From positions 2,381 to 66,380 of the forward strand of contig JBAZSG010000001.1 of the NCBI GenBank assembly GCA_041662585.1: DNA of 64,000 nt, given 5' to 3'. This document shows positions 59,583-64,000 of this stretch, piece after piece (position 1 is the first letter of the stretch; each line of letters starts with the position of its first letter). The translations under genes were made by a program, and so were the position numbers. The DNA is from Patescibacteria group bacterium (GTDB lineage Bacteria > Patescibacteriota > Patescibacteriia > UBA1558 > GWA2-36-10). Below the pieces are notes generated by a model. The model saw nothing but the letters and a program-made list of their open reading frames with translations. It was not told the origin of the DNA and ran no database searches.

Positions 59583-59672
59583 TTATTTCTTTTTCTGATT
59601 ATTTCTTCTTTTGAGTTTTTTTCTACGTCTTCTTTTGACGGAAAGTCTTTTGTTTTTTAATTTTGTTCCCAT
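59583..59672 (-). CDS. 29-aa Arg/Lys-rich small protein (not in the ORF track)
   Basis: MGTKLKNKRLSVKRRRRKKLKRRNNQKKK; TTGACA-17-TATATT promoter at 59697-59725; terminator at 59533-59560. Confidence 0.65.
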   Translation of the reverse strand: MGTKLKNKRLSVKRRRRKKLKRRNNQKKK

Positions 59673-59696
59673 ATATTATTTACATTTAACGCTCAA

Positions 59697-59725
59697 AATA
59701 TATCAAATATTAATCTTTGTGTCAA
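59697..59725 (-). promoter_or_regulatory. Near-consensus sigma70 promoter for the 29-aa ORF
   Basis: TTGACA-17 nt-TATATT. Confidence 0.6.
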
Positions 59726-59735
59726 TAATAAAAAG

Positions 59736-59812
59736 TGGTCGTCCTGCTGGGACTTGAACCCAGGACCCCCACTTTATAAGAGTGGTGCTCTAACCAGCTG
59801 AGCTACAGGACG
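59736..59812 (-). tRNA. tRNA-Ile(TAT)
   Basis: CGTCCTG/CAGGACG acceptor, GCTC/GAGC D-arm, anticodon arm CCACT-CTTATAA-AGTGG, CTGGG-TTCAAGT-CCCAG T-arm, A73, CCA. Confidence 0.95.
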
Positions 59813-59822
59813 TAAATATTAG

Positions 59823-59837
59823 TCCGCCTCTGACGGA
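59823..59837. repeat. Short palindrome related to the recG insert
   Basis: TCCGCCTCTGACGGA compared with TCCGCCAGCTGGCGGA at 12728. Confidence 0.45.
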
Positions 59838-59881
59838 AAACATAAATATTATAAACTAGTTACCATGTTTTGTGAAGCCTT

Positions 59882-60991
59882 CTATCTAGCATTTATGATA
59901 TTTAATTTTTTAGCTATATTATCTATAAGCTGTTTGCTAGCTACTTCCAAATCTTTATCAATGACCACTTTGGCTAAATGTCTACTACCACTCGCTCCCA
60001 TATCTTTTATCAGCTCCGCTGCATTGATATTGTTTATACTATAAATCCAAGCTTCTGTAGAATACAACTCCAATTGATAAAATATAATGGCTACCTGAGA
60101 GCCTGGAGTAGCCAATATTAAATCTTGTACCATATCAGCAAAATCTTTTGGTAAATTTTCTATTTCTTCATGATTCAAATAAGAACTGATAATATTACCC
60201 TGCTTTTTAAGTCTAGACAGAACTTTACCCCAAGATTTTAAAGTATCAATATCTTTGGTTCGATAAAGACCTTCTATTATTTGTTCACGATTGGCTCCTT
60301 TGATAATCAATTGTGATGCCAAATCTAATGTATCGGGAGTGACTTTGGGAGATTGAAAACTGCTAGTTGCCATTATCATACCAGCCAAAAGACAAGTGGC
60401 TATCTCCCTATCAATATCTTGTCGTAAAACTTGATAAGATACTTCGGCGATAGAAGTAATATTTGCTTCTACTATATTTACTTGTCCATAATTTTCATTG
60501 AGCACTGAAGTATCAATATTTACAATTGCTCTATTGTGAAAAAAGTGTCTGTTCTCAGAAAATATATTTCCCAAAGATTCTAAATCATTAGCGCCCAAAA
60601 CAATAATCAAATCATACTTATATTCTCCTCTATCTGTTTTGACATCTTGCGAACTAAAAATACCATTGTCTGGAACAATATCAATAATCAATTCGCTATC
60701 TTCCATATCATAGCTAAGTTGTTTTACTTTTGTTTTGGAAGTATCAAGAATAATTTTAAACTTATTCAAATTACCCAAATTATTTGAAATATTTATATGC
60801 CCTGGCAAAAAATTATATTTGGCAATTTTGCCATCAAAACATATATCAGCTTTCTTTTTTTGCTTGGACAAAAAAATCTGCCAAGCCATAGCTGAACCTA
60901 AAACATCTAAACTTGGATTATTTGGACCAGTAATGAGTATATTAGTAGCTGAATCCAAAACTTTTTTTAATTCTTTATTTAATAAATCCAT
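59882..60991 (-). CDS. DHH/NrnA-fold protein with degenerate catalytic motifs
   Basis: Overall NrnA layout, but PSLD replaces PDxD, VLG replaces VLD, NIDTS replaces NIDHH and MATSSF replaces TDTGxF. Confidence 0.8.
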   Translation of the reverse strand: MDLLNKELKKVLDSATNILITGPNNPSLDVLGSAMAWQIFLSKQKKKADICFDGKIAKYNFLPGHINISNNLGNLNKFKIILDTSKTKVKQLSYDMEDSELIIDIVPDNGIFSSQDVKTDRGEYKYDLIIVLGANDLESLGNIFSENRHFFHNRAIVNIDTSVLNENYGQVNIVEANITSIAEVSYQVLRQDIDREIATCLLAGMIMATSSFQSPKVTPDTLDLASQLIIKGANREQIIEGLYRTKDIDTLKSWGKVLSRLKKQGNIISSYLNHEEIENLPKDFADMVQDLILATPGSQVAIIFYQLELYSTEAWIYSINNINAAELIKDMGASGSRHLAKVVIDKDLEVASKQLIDNIAKKLNIINAR

Positions 60992-61065
60992 TATATTTTT
61001 AATTTTGACTGTTAAATCTACACCAAATTACCCCTAACTGTCAATAGCCCTATCTTCTTCAATGG

Positions 61066-61094
61066 TTGACTTTTTTGTCAATTTTTAGTAAAGT
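61066..61094 (+). promoter_or_regulatory. Promoter of infB-rbfA
   Basis: TTGACT-17 nt-TAAAGT. Confidence 0.5.
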
Positions 61095-61163
61095 AAGCAC
61101 GAAATATATAATTTTTACTCAAAATACACCAAATTATCTCGTGTATTTAATTTATTTAAAACT

Positions 61164-63146
61164 ATGAATGTAAGCACTCTAGCTCGACAATTAAAGGTAA
61201 CTACTAGCGAATTACTAGAAAAGCTCCCTGAGCTAGGTTTTGATATTGGTGCTAGAGCAATCAAAGTTGATGATAAATTGGTTCCCAAAATAACCAATGC
61301 TTGGAAAAAAGCTATCAAAAAAGAAAAATTTAAAACTGATTTATCTAAAATAGAAGAACGTGGTAAAGAGGATTTAAGTCCAAAAGTCACTAGTGAAAAT
61401 AAACAAATATCAATAAACGATACTATCATAGTCAAAGACTTTGCTGAAGCAATGAAATTGCCAATAGCCAAGTTAATGGCCGAGCTAATGAGAAATGGCA
61501 TCATGGTATCGCTAAATGAAAGAATTGATTTTGATACAGCTACTATCATAGCTGAAGATCTAGGATTTAAAGTGATTAAATCCAATGAAGAAATACTAGA
61601 AGAACAAAGTAAACGTGAAAAATTGGAAAAACTTTTGATCAATAGAAAAAATAAAACTGCCAAAGCCCCAGTAGTAGTGGTCATGGGTCATGTTGATCAT
61701 GGCAAAACAAAACTGCTAGATGCTATCCGAGAAACAAATGTCGTTGATCAAGAAGCTGGTGGTATTACTCAACATATTGGTGCTTATCAAGTAACTACCA
61801 AAGGTAGACTGATTACTTTTTTAGATACTCCAGGACATGAAGCCTTCAAGGCTATGCGCAGTCGTGGTGGACAAATCGCTGATGTAGCAGTACTCGTTGT
61901 AGCAGCTGACGATGGCCTCCAACCCCAAACACTAGAAAGTATTTCTGTTATTCAAAAAGAAAAACTTCCTTATGTAGTAGCTATAAACAAGATTGATAAA
62001 GAAGAAGCTGATGTTGATAAAGTAAAAAATGAATTGTCAGAATTAAACCTTGTTCCAGAAGATTGGGGTGGTAAAACTATTTGCCAACCTATATCTGCTA
62101 AATTCAAAAAAAATATTCCCGAGTTGCTAGAAACTATTCTTTTGATAGCTGATTTGGAAGAGCTCAAAGCTGATTTGGATGGTAATGCTGTGGGTACTAT
62201 TATAGAATCACATATCGACAAAAGTGCTGGACCAGTAGCAACCATATTGGTACAAGTTGGAACGCTCAAAATAGGTGATATGTTTTTAGTTGGTAGTGTT
62301 CCGGGCAAAATAAAAATAATGGAAGATTGGTTAGGCAAAGGCATCCAAAGTGCTGGACCAGCTACCCCTGTCAAAATACTAGGTCTAAAAGAACTACCTA
62401 GTGTCGGCGAAATATTGGAAGTTATTACTGATAAAAAAGAATACAAAGCCCGATTAAAACAAGTAGGTTCTCAAAGTAAAGCTATGAGAAATTCTTCTAG
62501 TGTCCATAAAAATGGCAATGGCTCTGATGAAGAAAATCCAGATATAGCTATTTTGAACTTGATTATCAAATCAGATGTACTGGGTTCTGCTGAAGCTATT
62601 GAAGAATCATTATCAAAAATAAAAGTTGAAAATACAGCTATCAAAATACTCAAAAAAGGCTTGGGTCAAATCACCGAAGATGATGTTGCCAATGCTGAAG
62701 CGACCAATGCTTTCATTCTTGGTTTTCATATCAAAGAAAACAAAAGCGTCAATGCTCTAGCCAATGAAAAACATGTTACTATCCTCCACTTCGATATTAT
62801 CTACAAACTACTTGAAGAAATAGAAAAGATTTTGATTGGTATCAAAGCTAAAAAAACTATTCACAAATTCATGGGTAAGCTAGAAGTACTGGCGATATTT
62901 AAATCTACTCCAAAATCTATGATTGTTGGTGGTAAGGTTATTGAAGGTAAGATCACTAAAAATAGTAAAATAAAAGTATTAAAAAATGGTCAAGTAGAAA
63001 GTATTGGCGAATTGCTCAGTTTGCAATCTGCCAAAGAAAATGTCTCTGAAGTAGTAGCTGGAAATGAAACTGGCTTGGAATATAAAGGAGAGCCAATTAT
63101 AGAGGTCGGAGATATATTAGAATTTTTTGAAGAAATATATGAATAA
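61164..63146 (+). CDS. infB: Translation initiation factor IF-2
   Basis: [30 protein letters not shown]. Confidence 0.98.
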   Translation: MNVSTLARQLKVTTSELLEKLPELGFDIGARAIKVDDKLVPKITNAWKKAIKKEKFKTDLSKIEERGKEDLSPKVTSENKQISINDTIIVKDFAEAMKLPIAKLMAELMRNGIMVSLNERIDFDTATIIAEDLGFKVIKSNEEILEEQSKREKLEKLLINRKNKTAKAPVVVVMGHVDHGKTKLLDAIRETNVVDQEAGGITQHIGAYQVTTKGRLITFLDTPGHEAFKAMRSRGGQIADVAVLVVAADDGLQPQTLESISVIQKEKLPYVVAINKIDKEEADVDKVKNELSELNLVPEDWGGKTICQPISAKFKKNIPELLETILLIADLEELKADLDGNAVGTIIESHIDKSAGPVATILVQVGTLKIGDMFLVGSVPGKIKIMEDWLGKGIQSAGPATPVKILGLKELPSVGEILEVITDKKEYKARLKQVGSQSKAMRNSSSVHKNGNGSDEENPDIAILNLIIKSDVLGSAEAIEESLSKIKVENTAIKILKKGLGQITEDDVANAEATNAFILGFHIKENKSVNALANEKHVTILHFDIIYKLLEEIEKILIGIKAKKTIHKFMGKLEVLAIFKSTPKSMIVGGKVIEGKITKNSKIKVLKNGQVESIGELLSLQSAKENVSEVVAGNETGLEYKGEPIIEVGDILEFFEEIYE

Positions 63147-63465
63147 ACGTAGCGCACAAGTAGCTGAGCTTTTGCGCAGTGAAATAAATAAAATAATTAT
63201 CAAAGATTTTGAATCACCAATGGGTACACTGATTAGTATTTCTGAAGTCACTATTTCAGATGATCTCAAAAATGCTACAGCCTATATTAGTATTATCCCT
63301 CATAACAAACTAGGCACCGGACTAGAAGCTATCAAAAGATTTTCTGGACATATCCAAAAAAACATTGGCAAACATATCGCCATCCATACCACTCCTAGAA
63401 TAAGTTGGCAATTAGATGAACGAGATCTCAAATATAGTGCCATAGACGAAGCTTTAAAAGACTAA
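63139..63465 (+). CDS. rbfA: Ribosome-binding factor A (start corrected to ATG 63139)
   Basis: [13 protein letters not shown]...ISEVTISDDLKNATAYIS...TPRISW; directly after infB. Confidence 0.9.
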   Translation: MNKRSAQVAELLRSEINKIIIKDFESPMGTLISISEVTISDDLKNATAYISIIPHNKLGTGLEAIKRFSGHIQKNIGKHIAIHTTPRISWQLDERDLKYSAIDEALKD

Positions 63466-63494
63466 AAACCTCCATAATCACACGGAGGTTTTTT
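63464..63494 (+). terminator. Rho-independent terminator after rbfA
   Basis: AAAAACCTCC-10 nt-GGAGGTTTTTT. Confidence 0.8.
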
Positions 63495-63496
63495 CA

Positions 63497-63525
63497 TTGA
63501 CTAAAATATATTTTTAAGCTATATT
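63497..63525 (+). promoter_or_regulatory. Promoter giving a near-leaderless nrnA mRNA
   Basis: TTGACT-17 nt-TATATT, 8 nt before ATG 63534. Confidence 0.6.
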
Positions 63526-63533
63526 GTTTAGCT

Positions 63534-64000
63534 ATGGAAAATCACAAAACTAGCAGTGAAAATATAAGACAAGAGATAAATAAGGCCAAAGATATTTTGC
63601 TCCTTTCTCACAAAAAACCCGATGGAGATACTCTGGGAGCAAATTTGGCTATGCTCACTTATTTGAAAGCGCAAAATAAAAATGTGACTAGTTTTTGTTT
63701 GGATCCATTACCAAGTATTTTTGAATTTTTGCCAAATAGTCATTTTATAACCAATGATCACAGAGTTTTTAGTAAAAAATATGATCTGGTTATAGTACTA
63801 GACTCTGGTTCCTTGGAATATGCTGGTATAGACAAACTACTAACTGCTCTACCACCAGTTTATATATTAATAAATATAGATCATCATATTAGCAATCCAA
63901 ACTATGGCGACATCAACCTCGTCATTCACGAAGCATCTTCAACTTGTGAAGTAATTTATAGATTATTAAAAGATTGGAATATTAATTGGACTAGCGATAT
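63534..64000 (+). CDS. nrnA: Bifunctional oligoribonuclease/pAp phosphatase NrnA (DHH family), truncated by the window end
   Basis: Manual translation gives MENHKTS...LLSHKKPDGDTLGA...VIVLDSG...INIDHHISN...ASSTCE. Confidence 0.92.
   Translation, partial: MENHKTSSENIRQEINKAKDILLLSHKKPDGDTLGANLAMLTYLKAQNKNVTSFCLDPLPSIFEFLPNSHFITNDHRVFSKKYDLVIVLDSGSLEYAGIDKLLTALPPVYILINIDHHISNPNYGDINLVIHEASSTCEVIYRLLKDWNINWTSD

Noticed and set aside
1-64000. Alternative genetic code (UGA=Gly, as in Gracilibacteria/Absconditabacteria)
   Set aside because: All conserved genes are full length in code 11, and TGA serves as a stop (for example at 53207 and 55240)

Overview
This is AT-rich chromosomal DNA read in genetic code 11. 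Gene content, the near absence of Shine-Dalgarno sites and the protein families point to a Patescibacteria (CPR; Parcubacteria/ABY1-like) genome, which is an inference. Housekeeping genes are lemA, htpX, clpC, comF, recG, rpsF-ssb-rpsR-efp, rsmA, tsaC, leuS, infB-rbfA-nrnA and four tRNAs: Ser-TGA, Arg-GCG, Ser-GCT and Ile-TAT. Three surface systems lie among them. (1) At 1-5.1 kb is a cluster of secreted fibre/adhesin-like genes, two of which share an N-terminal module. (2) At 13.6-38.9 kb is a T4SS-like locus with no relaxase in the window (pilin-like, VirB8-like, VirB4, PrgI, extended VirB6-like and a 2921-aa Cys-rich protein), split in two by the ribosomal rpsF operon. (3) At 50-59 kb is one apparent operon running receiver - PilB - PilC - four minor pilins - PAS protein - 7TM/Cache/HAMP/PAS histidine kinase. 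Smaller oddities are a GC-rich palindromic insertion translated inside recG, REP-like intergenic palindromes, tRNA anticodons that need no TilS/TadA modification, an unannotated 29-aa Arg/Lys-rich ORF with its own promoter, a probable non-AUG start for the LysM-M23 peptidase, a structured rpsF leader and a catalytically degenerate DHH paralog. I saw no CRISPR array, rRNA, transposase, integrase or reverse transcriptase.
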